Of a stretch of 64,000 bases of DNA, positions 22,850 to 36,413 are shown one piece after another (the stretch's first letter is position 1; every line of letters begins with the position of its first letter). The DNA comes from Cyanophora paradoxa CCMP329. Lineage: Eukaryota > Plantae > Glaucophyta. The translations under genes were made by a program, and so were the position numbers. Location: contig QPMI01000621.1 of the NCBI GenBank assembly GCA_004431415.1, forward strand, positions 1 through 64,000. The letters run 5' to 3'. Below the pieces are notes generated by a model. The model ran no database searches. It had not been told where the DNA came from and was given only the letters and a program-made list of their open reading frames with translations.

Positions 22850-25519
22850 TTAAAGAGATGCATTCTTTTCAAGAGCCGGTGCACTTTGGCCGAGGGCAGC
22901 AGCTGCTAGAGGGGTACGGTAGAGTTGGAGCCGGAGCCGGCACCGGAGCCGGGGGGACCCTCCCCGGCTTCTTGGGGAGCTGTACCCGGCGTCTCGCGGT
23001 CCAACGGGGCCGCGGCCGGGGCGGACGGGGTCTCCTCGGGGGGCCCGCCCCGCCCCCGCCTCCGTCCCCGCCCCGGCCCCGGCCCCCGCCCCCGCCCCGG
23101 CCCCCGCCCCCGCCGCCTCCTCCCGATTGCGATCGCGATCGCGATCAGGGTTCCGGGTTCGATTCCCGGCGAGGTCCGGGTGCTCCTCCACGCTCCGCTT
23201 GCAGACGGGGCACCTGCCGCCGCCGCCCGGAGCGTGAGCCCAGGCCGGCAAGCTTTAGGGGCGACGAAGTCCAGGGTCCAAGGGTGCGGGCGGGGCAGAC
23301 AGACGTACCCCTTGCTGAGGACGAGCCACTTGTCGGAGCACTCGCGGTGGAAGATCTGCCCGCCCCGGCCCCGGCCGCGGGACGTCAGCTGCAGTGGGGG
23401 GACGAAGAGGGCCGGCGGGGGCGTGGGAGGCGCGTCGAGCCGATTCAACTCTTTTGGGTGGCTAGACGCCTCGCGCTAGACCAAGCAGCGAGCGCTCTAG
23501 GGGTACGAGGGCGCGCACGTGGAAGCAGGGGAGGGTGCGGAGCTCCTCGCCCTCCTCGTACCCCTCCAGGCAGATCGGGCAGGCGTCCTGGCCCCGCGGG
23601 GCCGGCCCCGCCCCGAACTTCATCACCGGAAGGGCCTGCGATCGCCCGATCAGGCCGGGTAGGGGTTACGAAAGCGGGCCGCCTCGGATTCGAAGGCACC
23701 TCCAGGACAGCAGGGGGCAAGCCGCCGGGCTGCCTGCGCGCCCGCACCGCGCGTTCCAAGGCCTGCGGCGGGAGGGAAGGGGGGTACCGTGAAACGCGCT
23801 TCGGGAGGAAGGAGAGGGGAAATGGGGCACGGGTACCGCGAGCATCTGCTCGAGGGCCTCCGGAGTCGACCCGTCGCTCCGGTCGCTCTGCTCGTCCCGC
23901 CTCCGCCGCGAGCGCGCCTGGGGGTACGGCGATCAGGGAAAGAAGCGGCCCCGCTTGGATTCGAGCCGGCGCACCGCGAAGAGGTTCCGGAACGCCACGC
24001 GGTTGACCCAGCGGAGGTCGAGGGGGGGGCCCGGGGCGTCGGAGGGGTACAGGCCGGCGGCCAGCGGGGCGCGGGGGGCGGATCGCGCGTCGGAGTCCGA
24101 GGCCTCGGATGCCGAGGGGGAGTCGCCGCGGAGGACGGCGCGGCGCCGGCGCGAGGAGAAGAGGTGCGGGGCGAGGCCGGCGGCCAGCCGGGCCCGGAGG
24201 GACGTGGGCGCCGCGCCGGACCCCGGCACGCTGCCGAGGGGCGGGGGGAGGAGGAGGAGGTCGGAGGGGCGGGGCCGGGCCCGGGGCGCGCAGGCGAGGC
24301 CCAACAGGGCGGCCTCGGCCGCAATCAGCGGCGCGAACGCCAGCGGGAGCGACGGGCCGCCCGCGCGCCCGAAGGAAACGGGCGCCTCCAGGATTCGAAC
24401 CAGGAAGATCTGGAAGGAGACGAAGCAGGCGAGGGAGAGGGCGAGGGCGGCGGCGGCGGGCAGCGGCGGGGCCGGCCGCCCAGCAGCAGGGCCCGCAGGC
24501 GGGAGGGCGGCGCCGCCGGGCCCGGGGCCGGCTCGGGAGGGGCGTGGCGGGCGGGGCGGCCGAAGGTGCCGGGTCCGGCGCGACGGCGGCCGCGGCGGGG
24601 GCGCCGGCGGGCGGCGGGTCCGGCGAGGGGGCGGCCCGCCGCGCCCGGACCGCGTGGGACTGCGGGGCCTCCTCGGGCGCGAGGGCCGGGGCCGGGGCCT
24701 CGGCCGCCCCGCGGCGCCGGCGGCGCGAGCGGAGGCGGCAGAGGCGGCGGCCGACGGAGCCGGCGAGGGCGGCGGCGGCGGCGGCGTCGAAGGCCCAGAG
24801 GGGGCAGAGGGCGGCGGCCCAGGGGACGGGGAGGAGGCCGCGGAGCTTGGCGGCGCAGAGGGCTGCGAGGGCGGCGCCGCAGCCCGAGGCGGCGTGCACG
24901 GCGAGCGAGGAGCGGAAGAGCCGGCCGCTGCGGTCCCGGGGGAGGAAGTAGCGGGAGACGGGGCCCTCCCAGAAGGATACGAGGCCCAGGGACCGGAGAA
25001 CGAAGGCGCCCGAGGCGGCCCAGAGGAGGAGGAGGAGGGAGAGGGCGCAGGCGAGGGCGGGGAGGAGGGCCGGCGGGTGCGGGGCGCCCGGCGCGAGGCG
25101 CGAGGCGGCGGCGGCCGAGTCGAGGGCGGCGGCGGCGAGTGCGAAAGAAGCGCCGGCGAGGGCGACGGCGGTCAGGCGGGCGGCGCAGCGGAGGAGGCCG
25201 CGGAGGCGGAGGCCCCGCGCCTCGTCGTCCAGGCGTCCGTAGCTGCTGCTGCCGCGGCGGAGGGCGCGGAGGGCGGCGAGGGGCGCCCAGAGCGCCGCCA
25301 CGGCGGACTCGATGCAGAGGAGCCAGACGGGGAAGAACGCGGTGCGCCAGGTCCACGGGAGGGCCCCGCTCAGCACCAGCATCGCGAACACCTGCGGCCG
25401 GCCCGCGTCAGATCTAGACGCGGCATCCACGTCGCTAGCTAGATCGGCGTCACGGACGCGACGGCAACAGATCGCACCGTCGTCAGCAACGCGACGAGGG
25501 CGAGCTTCGCCGACAACAT
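22850..25519 (-). CDS. Multi-pass membrane RING-H2 E3 ligase with TMEM185-like transmembrane repeats
   Basis: TM motifs LPWTWRTAFFPVW and KLRGLLPVPWAAALCPLW. RING-H2: CPICLEGYEEGEELRTLPCFH|IFHRECSDKWL..CPVCK. Confidence 0.75.
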
Positions 25520-26108
25520 CGCGCCCGCGCAGAAACGCCTACGCCCGGGCGCGAACGGGCCACGGCCCCACGCCGCACCGGCGAGGCAGCTCTTTCGATT
25601 CGGCGGCCCTCGCCCGCCTAGCTAGCCTCGCCGGCTGATCGGCGGGTCGGCCTCGGTCACTCGGCAGTTAACGGCTCGGGTCGCACGGATCCGGGCGCTT
25701 AGTCGTCTGGCCTGCATGCGCAGCTGCCGTCTCTCCGGCCGCCGAGTACCGCTGCTCCGCAGCTGGGGTAGCGTGTTGGATTGAGACTGCATCCCCCCTC
25801 CCTTCTCCCCTCCCCGGGATCGATGCAGAGCTGGTTGGCCCCGCGAACTCCTAGTGGTCGCGCGCACTTACCCGGCCGTCGGGCGGCGGGGCCGGCCTAG
25901 TACGCAAGGCTGACTGGCTAGCTAACTTGACTAAGCATCTGCTCCGACTGCTCCGAGGACCAGCTGCAGCCTGCATGCAGGGCTTGCGCGCCGCAATTTG
26001 GCCCGCAACCCGCTCGCGCCCAGCACCGGGCCGGGGCGGGCTCAGAGGCCGCCAGGAACGAAGCGTCTTGGCCGCCTCTGCAGCAAACGGGCGGCCTGAA
26101 TGAAAAAC

Positions 26109-28593
26109 ATGAAGATAAGCCCAGATAGCGAAGAGGACGACAAGCCGCCCTCCGGCGGGGCCTCCGCGCGCAGCCGGAAGAGCGACGACGAAGAGCGGCC
26201 AGCTGCGCGCGCCCATCCAGCGGCTCTTCTCTCCCTTTCCCTCAACGTGAGCAATCCGCCGCCGGTGCTCGGGAGGCGCCACAGCGTGGAGTCTGTTGGA
26301 GCCGAGTACTCTGTGGAGAGCCTCGAGCGGCCCTTCGTGTCCCTCGCGCGCAGGCGATTCTGGGCCGTGGCCGCGTCGGCCGCAATCGCCCTCTGCGCCC
26401 TCGTGGCGGCGCCCCCGGTCGGCCGGGAGTTCTCGGACAGCGCTTCCCCGCAGCTGATCGCATCGCACCTGGGGGCGCTGGCGGCATGGCTCACCCTCTG
26501 CGCGGCTGCGCTGGCGGCGGGGAAGATCCGACCGCACACGCGGTTCGGCCTCCCGAGCGTGACCGCGGTCGAGACGGAGCTGGCGTGCCTCGGTGCGCCT
26601 GGCCGCCGCTTCGGGCCCGCGGCGCGCGGCTCACTCGCTCGCGCGCTTCCGGGCCGCAGGGATCGTCGCGTGGGCGAACTACGCGCTCCTGCACGCGACG
26701 GCGTTCTCCCCGGCGGGCGTGCCGCTCCTCGTCGCCTTCGTGCGCACGGAGACCGCCGCCGCCGCCGCCCCGCCCCGCCGGCCGCCTCCCCTCACCCATG
26801 CGCGCAGACGACGGCGGGGGTGATGCGCGTCGGGGGCGGCTGGGGACGCCTCCCCAAGGCCGGCGTCCTCGCCCTCGCCGCCTCCGCCGCGCTCGCCTAC
26901 ACCGTCGCCTTCGCCGCCTCGCCGCACGTCCGCGCCCTCCCGGTCCGCCCTATCCCGACCTCCGCTCCGGCCGCCGCCGCTCCCCTCGATCTGATCCGGC
27001 CTTCGCCCGCAGCAATCCTGGCTGGCCTTTGTGCTCGTCTACGCGGCGGCGGCGGAGGGCGCGGCCGCCGGGCTCGACTCGGCGGGGGCGGCCGAGGGCC
27101 TCTGGGACGCCTCCGTAGGCCGCGTGCGGGCCCTGGACGCGCTGGCTGCCATCGGCGCCTCGGCCGCCGCCGCCGCGCTCGAGCGCGAGGGCGTCGGCGC
27201 GGGCGTTGGCGCCGCCGCCGCCGCCGGGCCCCGGCCCCGACCGCCGCCCCTCGGCCGCCCCCGCCTCCTTTCCCACCGCCGGGGACCCCTCGGGCGACGC
27301 GGCGACGCCGAGCGCGGCGCGGTGGCGGCGGCGGCGGAGGTCGTCGCTGGCGATGCCGGACGGAGGCGGGGAGCTGGACCTCTCCTCCCCGCTCGAGCGC
27401 GCCATCCGCCTCCTCGCCATCGTCAAGCTCCGCGCCGCCTCGGGTACCCTCCTCCCCTCCTCCCATCCAAGAAAGAGCTCACCTCACCTCGCCCACCGCA
27501 GAGCGGCGGGTGGACGAGGTGCACGTGCTGGACGAGGTGGAAGACCTCCTCGCCCACTCCGAGAACCTGTCCGCCCCGCCCCCGCACCCGCCCCCGCCCC
27601 CGCCCATCTTTCCTAGCGCCCCCGCCCCCTCCCCCGCCCCGCTTTCCTACCGCCCCCGCCCAGCTTTCTAGCGCACCGCGCCGTCCTGCAGCGCCACCGC
27701 ACCGCAACGCGCCGCAGCTAGATGGACCCACCTCCTTCTAGAAGGCCCATCTCTCCCCGCCCCGCCCCGCCGCGCCAAGCTGGCGCCGGCGCCTCACACA
27801 CGGCGCCCCCCCCCTCCCGCCCGCCGGCCCGCGCAGGTACGTGCCGCAGGTGCCGGACGTGGACCTCGCCCAGCGCGACGAGACCGTCGCCCACTGGCTC
27901 CACTCCGAGGCACGCCCCCGCCCCCTCTGCTCTGCTTTGCCGGCCCTCTCTCTGCTTTGAGACCTCTCTCCCGTCCGTCCGTCTTTCCCGCCCGCCGCTG
28001 ACAGTGCGACCGCCCGCCCGTTCTCCCGCCCCCCTCAGGTCCCGATCCTGAGCAAGCCGCGCTCGCACCCCTCCATGGTCCCCGGGCCCAGGTCTCCCCC
28101 CCCCCCCCCCCCCCCCCCCGCCCACCGCCCACCGCCCCCGCAGGAGGCGCCGGCGCCGCTCTCGATGAGCGTGCGGCGCTCGGTGGCGCTGCCGCGGGGC
28201 GTCCAGGGCGTGCTCCCCGTCGGCCTCTCCAACCCCCCCTCCTCCAAGGCACGCTACCCCCCCCCCCCCTTTCTCCCTCCCCCCTCTCTTGTTAACCCTC
28301 GCACCGCGCAGGAGGACATGAGCCTCGTGCGGGCCCTCGCCATGGCCGACTCCTGGAACTTCGACGGTACCCCCGCCGCCCCGCCCTTGCCCCGCCCCGC
28401 CCCGCCCTTAGAGACCCGTACACGCCTCTCGCCGCCCGTCCGACGCCTCGGCTCACCGCGCGCGCGCAGCGTTCGAGTTCGCGGAGCTGACGAGCGGGCG
28501 GCCGCTGTACGTGCTGGGCCTGCACGTCCTCCACTCCTCGGGCTGCGTCGAGGCGCTGCGCCTCGACGCCCGCCGCGCCGACGCGTTCCTCCA

Positions 28594-28632
<39 letters not shown>

Positions 28633-31103
28633 TGAGCTGCTGCTGCCGCGCGTGCAGGCGGTGGAGGTCGCGTACAACGCGGTGCCCTACCACAACGCCG
28701 TGCGCCCGCCTCCCCGAGTCCAGCCGGGCCGGGCCGACGAGGGCCCCACCGCAGACGCACGCGGCGGACGTGCTGCAGGCGGCGCACCACTTCGCGCGGG
28801 CCCCCCTCGTCCGCTGCAAGCTCTCACACATCGACATCCTCGGTCCGCCCTCTCTTCCTCTCCCTTTTCCCGTCCTCGCCGATCGATCGCCGCGCCCCCT
28901 CAGCGCTGCTGCTGGCGGCGATCGGGCACGACGTGGGGCACGACGGCCGCAACAACAACTTCGAGGCGGGCCCCGCCCCCCGCCCCCCTCCCCCACTTTT
29001 CCCCTCCTCTCAACCCCGCCCCGCCTCCCCTCAGATTGCGACGGGGTCGGAGCGCGCCTTCGTCTACAACGACCGCTCCGTCATGGAGGCGCGCGAGAGA
29101 GAGCCGGCCCCGCCCCGCCCCGCCCCGCTCTAAGGCCCAGAGCAAAGCTGACCTCTCCGTAGAACTTCCACGCGTCGGAGACGTTCATGCTGCTGCGGGA
29201 GGAGCGCCTCAACTTCGCCGCGGGGCTCGCCCCCGAGGACCGCCGCGCCCTCCGCCGCACCGCCCTCGCCGCCATCCTCGTGCGCCCCGCGCCCCCCACC
29301 CCCGCTCTCCGCTCAGCTGATCGCTCGCGAAGGCGACGGACATCGCGAGCCACTTTGAGCACCTGGGTACGTACCCGGGCCTTCGACCCGACTCCTCTGA
29401 GCCGGCCCGCCACGCAGGGGTCTTCAAGGCGCGGATCCAGCAGCCCGGGTTCGGGGCGAGCGCGGAGGACCGGTCCCTCATCGTCGGCACCGCCCTCAAG
29501 GCGAGCGTTCGCCCCGCCCCGCCTCGCTCGGGTTCCCTGGAGAGAGAGGAGCCCAGGGCCGAAGGGGGCCGGTCCCGAGCCGCCTTCTCGCCCCGCCCCT
29601 TCGCTTCGCCCTGACGCCCCGCCCCGCCCCTCCAGTGCGCGGACCTGGCGAACCCGGCGCGCCCCTGGCCCGTCTGCCAGAAGTGGGCCGCCTCCGTCAT
29701 GGACGAGTTCTACTCCCAGGCCCGCCCCTTCTTCCTCCTCTTAAACTTTGCTTCGTTCTCCTCTAAGAATAGCGCAGGGGGACGCGGAGGCGGGGCTGGG
29801 CCTCCCGATCTCGCCCTGGATGGACCGCGCCGCCCCGCAGATGCCGCAGTGCCAGGTTGGCTTCATCGAGTTCCTCGTGCAGCCCCTCTACGCCGCCTGG
29901 GCCGCCTGCTTCCCGCCCTTCGCGCCCGTCGCCGAGGCCGCCGCCGCCAACCGGCGCCAGTGGAAGGCCCTCGCCGACGCCTCCGCCGGCGCCGGCGCCG
30001 GCGCGGGGAGCGGGGTGGGTACGGGCACGGGGCCCAACACGCGGCGGGGGAGCACCGCGACCGCCGCCGCTGCGGGAGCCATGATCGGCCACCAGCCGCC
30101 CTCGCAGGGGAGCAACAACTCGGCGAGCAACTCGCTGCGGAGGGTCGGCGGGGGCCAGCCTTCCGCCCCCAGCTCGATGCTGGCCCTCATGCCCCCATCG
30201 CCCTCCTCCCGCTCCGGCCCGCCCCCGCCACATGCCCGCCGCGCCTCGGGGGGCGGCGTCGGGGCCGCCTCGGTCGTCCACTCGCGCTCCTCCTCCATCG
30301 ACGCCGGTCCCGGCCCGCACCCGCAGCTCTCGACCCACGGGCGCTCGCCCTCGCCGGGGCCCCAGGGCCTGCGGGTCCCCTCGCCCGGCCCCGGCACCTC
30401 CGCGCGCTACGCCGCCGCCGCCTCGCGCCGCGCCTCTGCCGCCGCCGCCTCCGCCGCCGTCATCGCCGCCGCCGCCGCCCACGCCGCCGTCCAATCCGCC
30501 AGGTGCCCGCTTCCGGTCCATCTGATCCCTACGATACGATACGATACGATATGATCTGATTCCATCTGCCCCAGCTCGACGCCGGCGCACAGGGGCCACA
30601 GGGGGAGCAAGCCCGAGTCGGAGATCGCGGCGGTGGCGGCGGCCGCCGCCGCGCACGCCGCCGTCTCGGCGCACGCCTCGGCGTGGGACTCCCTCTCCGA
30701 GTCCGAGTTCCCCCTGAGCCCGCCCGCCCGCTCCCTGCGCGGCGCCGGCGCCGGCGGCCGCGCCGCCCCACGCCTCCGCCCCGCCAGCGGCGAGGAGATC
30801 CCCAAAAACACGCCGGGCCCCGCCGCCGCCCCCGCCGCCGGCCTCGGCGCCGTCGTACCCTCCTCCCGCTCCTTCTCCAGCGTCCGCCTCCCCGCGCTGG
30901 TGAAGGACGCCCCGGACTCGGGGGCCGTACCCCCCCTCGAGGCCAGGGCGCCCCTCCCCTCCATCCCCGGCAGCGCGGCGAGCGGCGGCGAGGGCGAGGG
31001 CGCCGCCGTGGCCCCGACCCTCGTACCCTCCCTCGCCCTGCCCCCCGTGCCCGCCACCGTCGTAATCAACGTCGACCAGCGCTTTCCCGTACCCCTCTCG
31101 TAG
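26109..31103 (+). CDS. Class I 3',5'-cyclic nucleotide phosphodiesterase with N-terminal transmembrane region
   Basis: Spliced motifs YHNA|THAADV, AAIGHDVGHDGRNNNFE, YNDRSVME|NFHA, ATDIASH, ALK|CADLANPARPW, EFYSQ|GD, QVGFIEFLVQPLY; hydrophobic N-terminal exons. Confidence 0.92.
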
Positions 31104-31803
31104 CGTGGCGGGGGGCCCGCTCCCCGTACCCACCCTCTTTTCCCGCGATGGACTCCTGATGGTGCCATTCGGCGCCATGTGTGAAGTCATCTATGGATTT
31201 TACTAGAGTGCGCGCGTAGGAGAAGCCTTTTGTGTGCTTCCTCAGAATGCTTCGCGCTTTGTGATGCTCGTTTTATTCAATTTGGCCCCTTGTGGAACGA
31301 GCTTCTCTATGTATGTATCGTGCGCGCCGGCACTTTTGTCGATCGGACGCTCGATCGGTGCCTGGCGGCTGCAGTTTTGTGCCACGGGCACGGCCAGGCG
31401 CATTTGCGCCATGTGCACATTTAGTACGCGCCAATAGCAACCTCGGGATCCAAGCTTCTATCTAGCTTGTGCAGCTTCTTACTAGGTTCGTAGGCCCAGT
31501 TTCCCATACGTATACGTTATTATCTGAATAGGTCGTGCGCATGGCGCACGCGCGGAGTAGGTAAACTTGAGAGTTATGCAGCTTATCATGCATATATGAG
31601 GCGCTGTTCTAGATCTAGCCCTAGTAGATGTCCAGTTCAACGGTTGCCTATCCCGAATCAAACTTGAAAGCTCAAGCGAATTCGAGGATAACGAAGGTGT
31701 TACTAAGCTGTCCAACCTTCTTGACATGTACATTTCGTACAATCTTGCTGAGAATACACTTATCTTATCGACGAACCACGCCTCTGCGCGCCGCCTGCAG
31801 CTG

Positions 31804-34172
31804 CTACCAGCCGTAGGCGCCGTGCGGGTGCCCCACCGGCGAGCTCGAGGCGGCGGCCGGGGCCGGGGGCCAGGCGGAGGGGACGAGGGACGAGGTCCGG
31901 TACCGCGCCTCCAGAGCGCTCTCCTCCGCCCGCTCGTAGTACGGCCGCTTCTGCCCGCTCAGGTGAGCCGGGGGGTGGAGACGGCGGAGGGGTACGCGTG
32001 CGCGCGCTCGCGGCGCGCCTGCCACTCGAGGAACTCGGCCCGCCGCTGGCGCGCCTCGAAGATGCGCTGCAGCTCCTCCTCTGTACCCCCGGACGGTCAG
32101 GGAGGGGTCGGGGTACGCGATTCGTTAGCTCCTCATAGAGGGGTACCGTAGTGGGAGCGGACGCGGTCTGCCTCGATCATGTCCCCCTCCTCCTTGCGCT
32201 GCTTCGCCTGGGGGGTGCGCGGTCGGCGGAGGAGGCGAAGGGCGGGGCGATCGCAAGGGGCGGCGGGGACGGCGCACGGCGGCGCGGCGGGGGTCCGTCT
32301 CGGGGGCGGTGGGGAAGGGCCCGAAGGAGGACCACGAGGCGCGGAGCGGGGAGGCGCCCGGGCGGGCCGGGGCCGGGGCCCGGGCGGGCGAGGCGGAGCG
32401 GCGGGCGCGGGGCCGGGGGAGCGGGGCCGGGAGGCGGAGCGGGGGCGGGGCGGGGCGGGGCGGAGGGCGTGCTCGCTGAGAGGGGCCGGCGGCGGAGGTA
32501 GGGCTTGGGGGCGAGGCGGGGCGGGCCGGAGAGGCGGCCCGCGGCCAGGAGAGGTACGGCGCCTCGCACCCCGGCGGCAGCCCCGGCGCTGCCTCCAGCG
32601 GGCGGGCGGGGTACGCGTACGCCGGGCCCGCGCGGGGCGGCGAGGCGCTCGGGGGCAGCGCCGGCTCGGGCGGGCCCGCGGGGTAGGGGTACGGCGCTCC
32701 CGGGTCGCCGCCGGCCCCGGCGCCGCCGTCGAAGTGAAGCCCGCTGATCCACGGCTCTGCCGGGGTACGGAATCAGCGAGGGTGCGCGGTCGTCCGGAAG
32801 AGGGGTACGGGGGCGCGCGGAGGGGTAGGGCGAGCAGGTCGGAGAGGCGCGCATCCCCGTCGAAGCCGCCGCTCACGTACATCGTACCCCCCTGCTGCTC
32901 CCCGTCTGCGCAGGGCGGCAGGGGCGTCGGTCCGGGAGGCTCCACTTGGCGCTTCGCCCCCCCCCCCTTCGAGGGCGTACCCCCGGGGATGGGGTCTGTG
33001 ACGAGGGCGGCGGCGTGCATGTAGCGCGGGGAGGGCGAGAGGCCGCGCAGCTCTACCCTCCCGGACCTTGGGGGGGGGGGTTCGATTAGGGGGTACAGGG
33101 GTACAGGGGGAACACGGCAGACCAGGTTAGGGTACGGAGGTCCAGGACGTGGAGGTCGCTGAGGGCCTCTCGCCCTACGGGGGTACGGCGTGAGATGGAG
33201 ACCGGGGGAGGGTACCGCGGCGCCGCGGCGCACCGTCCCAGCCGGCGAAGACGATCATCTTGTCGCCGGCGACGCACGCGGTGTGGCCGTCGCGGGGCCG
33301 CGGGGCGGGCCCCGCCGCGCGCAGCTCTCGCACGGTCCACGCCTCCGTGTCGATCGCGAAGAGGGCGCCCTGGGGCCGCCCCCCGGCGCCCGGGGCCGGG
33401 CAGCTCCAGCCGCCGTACAGCACGAGGTTGCGCCCGAAGCGGACCGCCGAGTGGCGGGCGAGGGGCGGGAGGCGGGCGGGGCCGCCGAGGCGCGGCCGCT
33501 CCCAGCGGAGCGTGCGGAGGTCGAGCACGTGGACGGAGGGCGAGTACGCGTCGCCGCCGCGCCAGCCGCCCACGACGACCCAGAGCGGCCCGACGAGGGT
33601 CGCGCTGTGCATCGCCACGGGCGGCGGCGCCTCGCCCGTCGTCTCCACCCGCCGCCAGTCCAGCGTCTCTGCCGGTGGCGCCGGGCGGGAAGCTTAGGGG
33701 CGGGAAGCTTAAGCCTTAGCGCGGGCGGGCAGTACCGAGGTCGAGGCACTGGACGTCATTGAAGAACTGATCGTAGCCGAAGGAGATGCCGCCTGCCGCG
33801 CGCGGCCCCGCACGCACGTCAGCGGAGGGCGCCGCGCCCGCGCCGCCCCGCGCCGCGCCCCGGCCCTGCCCGCCGCCGCACCGAAGCACCAGAGCCTGTT
33901 CTCGAAGATGGCCCAGCTGGCGGCGTCCCGGAGCCCGGGGCCGGCGCCGCGCGTCGGGAGCGCGAGGAACTCCACCGGCTCTGCGGCGGCGGCGGGCGGC
34001 GCGTCAGCCGCGGTTCTAGCTAAGCTAAGCGGAGCCGAGCACCTGGATCCGACTGCACCAGGTCGAGGAGGTGCACGGAGGTGTCGCTCCGGAGGCCTCC
34101 CGTCAAAAGCAAAGCTTGGCCGAACGGGAGCATCGCGTGCCCCGAACGCGCGGTCGGCAGCTTGCTAGACAT
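31804..34172 (-). CDS. Kelch-repeat protein with C-terminal coiled coil
   Basis: PTARSGHAM..LLTGG; PVAMHSATLVG..VVGG; ARHSAV..LYGG; PRDGHTACV..VFAGWDG; PRYMHAA..VSGGFDG. Confidence 0.85.
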
Positions 34173-34425
34173 GGTTTCGATCGTTTCAGCTGCCCGGCGA
34201 CGGCCGGCGTCCGTCTAAAGCCCGCTCGGCGGCTGGACGGCTCTATTCCGTGTTCGGCCCCTTGAGCTCCGGCGGCCGCCTTTGGTCTCAGCTAGCCGGA
34301 CGAGCCTCGGAGGGTTCGGATTACGGCTCCGTTGGGGTAGCGACACGGCAGGGGCGCCGGAAGACGATACGTGTTGCCTCGCTGCTGTTCTGCAGTACCC
34401 CTCCGTGGGCAGTCTTCTCCGCGAA

Positions 34426-36158
34426 ATGCAGACGCACCCGGCCCACGCGGTCGATGCAGTCCTCACACAGGCGCGTCAGTTTCAATGGGCCTCGTAACGC
34501 GCCGCTCCCGCAAGCCCGCCTGAACGCCGCGCAGCTGCCGTCCTATATGGACCGCGGCCGCGTTAGAAACGAGTTGCTGGAGCTCCTGAGTCAGTGTCCA
34601 TCGCTTGTTGTCAAGACGAGCCCGTTTAGTGCGTCCGGTCCTCCCCTCGGATGAAGCAGCCTGACCGACGCTCCGCAGCGATGCCGGACCGCAGGACGAC
34701 GACGCTCATCATGCTCGAGGGCACGTTTCCGATCCACTACAACAACACGCAGTGCGCCGCGTCGCCGGGCGGCCGCGCGAGGCGGCGCGGCTCAGGCGCG
34801 CTTCCAGGTACAACATCCCGCTCCACATGTTCATCCCGGAGCGCTTCCCGCTGGAGCCGCCGCCCTGCTACTTGAGGCCGACGCCAGATATCCTCTGCGC
34901 CGGCCCGCGCTCGCCGCCTCCCGCCCCGCACCCACCGCGCCGCGCGCCTTGACGAGCCGCCGCCGCCGCCGCCGCCGCACATATGATCATAAAGGCGAAC
35001 CACAGACACGTGGACCAGCAGGGGTTATGCTACCTTCCCTACCTCAACCAGTGGAACGCAGGGTGCGCATGCGCGGCCGCGCGCGTCGCGCGCCCGCCCC
35101 GAGCCCCTCGGCGTGCCCCGGCCCTTGACGGGAGCGCTCAGATCAAATCTGGCGATACTGGTCTCTACCATGTCCGTAACCTTCAGCCAGGACCCCCCCC
35201 TCTTCACCCGCCCCCGGGAGCCCACGCCCCCCATCCCCAACCCCATCCTCAACGCCATGCCCCCGCGCCCCGCCCCGCAAGTCGTGGTACCCCCCGTCCC
35301 TCGTAATCCCTGCATCCCCCTCTGATCCCGGCCCGCAGCACGCCGTTCCGGATCCCGAGGAGGCGCTGAAGCGGGAGGGGGTACGCCGTGTCTCGGAGAA
35401 GGCGCGGGCCCGGGTAGCGGAGGAGAACTCGAAGGCAGCGGCGGAGCTGGAGCAGATGTACGACAAACAGCGTACCCTCGCGGCCGCCGGCGAGTCGCTC
35501 CGGCAGCGCCTCGACGCCCTCCGGAGGGAAAAGGCGCGCGGCGTACCCCCCCCCTCCAGCGCGCGGCCTCGATCGACCGGGGTACAGGAGGAGGGCGAGG
35601 AGAGCGCGGCGCTGCTCGCGAGCAAGCAGGAGAGCGTTGACCGGTGGCTCGCCGAGCACGCGGGCCAGGAGAACACGCCCGTGCGCCGTACCCCCCTTCG
35701 CTTCCCCCCCCCTTCTCACGCTCTTCCAGATCGACGTTGAGGCGGCACTGCTGCCGAAGGACCCGCTGGCCCGGCAGTGCGTACCCCCGCGCCCTCTCCC
35801 CCCCTCCTCGAATGACCCGTACCCCTCCCTCCCCCAAGACTCCTCGAGCTGGTGGCGGAGGATTCGGCGATGGAGGACGGCCTCTACTGGCTCGAGAAGG
35901 CGCGCGCCGTACCCCTCCCGACGCCTCCGCGTACCCCGAGCGAGCCTTCCCCCCGCAGGCCCTCATCCAGCAGAACATCGACCAGGCGGCGTTCCTTCGC
36001 GTGCGCTCGTACCCGCAGACCTCCCCCCCCCCGACCTGAGCCCGGTGTACCCCCCGCAGGAGGTGAGGAGTCTGTCGCGGGAGCAGTTCCTGAAGAAGGC
36101 GCTGGCTGCGAAGGTCCGGGCGGCCCTCGTCTCGCAGCCGCCGGCAGCCGCCAGGTAG
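34426..36158 (+). CDS. VPS23: ESCRT-I subunit VPS23/TSG101 (UEV, coiled coil, steadiness box)
   Basis: LEGTFPIHY..YNIPLHMFIPERFPLEPPPCYLRPTPDMIIKANHRHVDQQGLCYLPYLNQW; C-terminus QLLELVAEDSAMEDGLYWLEKAL..FLREVRSLSREQF. Confidence 0.95.
34888..34980 (+). other. U12-type (minor spliceosome) AT-AC intron in VPS23
   Basis: 5' ATATCCTC, branch site CCTTGAC (34947-34953), 3' ..GCAC. It contains an in-frame TGA, and removal restores RPTP-D-MIIK. Confidence 0.88.
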
Positions 36159-36413
36159 CGCGCGCTGGGAGCCGGCCAGCTAGCTAGCTGTACCATAATA
36201 TATATATTTGATTCCAGGGCGGAAGAAGCGCGGCCGGGCGCAGTGGGTGGGTCCCGCGCCCCTTGCGCACGATTCGAGCCCGATGGATGCCAGATACCTT
36301 CGAGTCAGATAATTTAACGTCGGATAAGATTGATAGAACCAAAGCGCGGCTTATTATTGATGTAGCGAGATTGATAATCAAGCACAAGTCTGGTAACTTT
36401 AGTTCTGGGGGGG

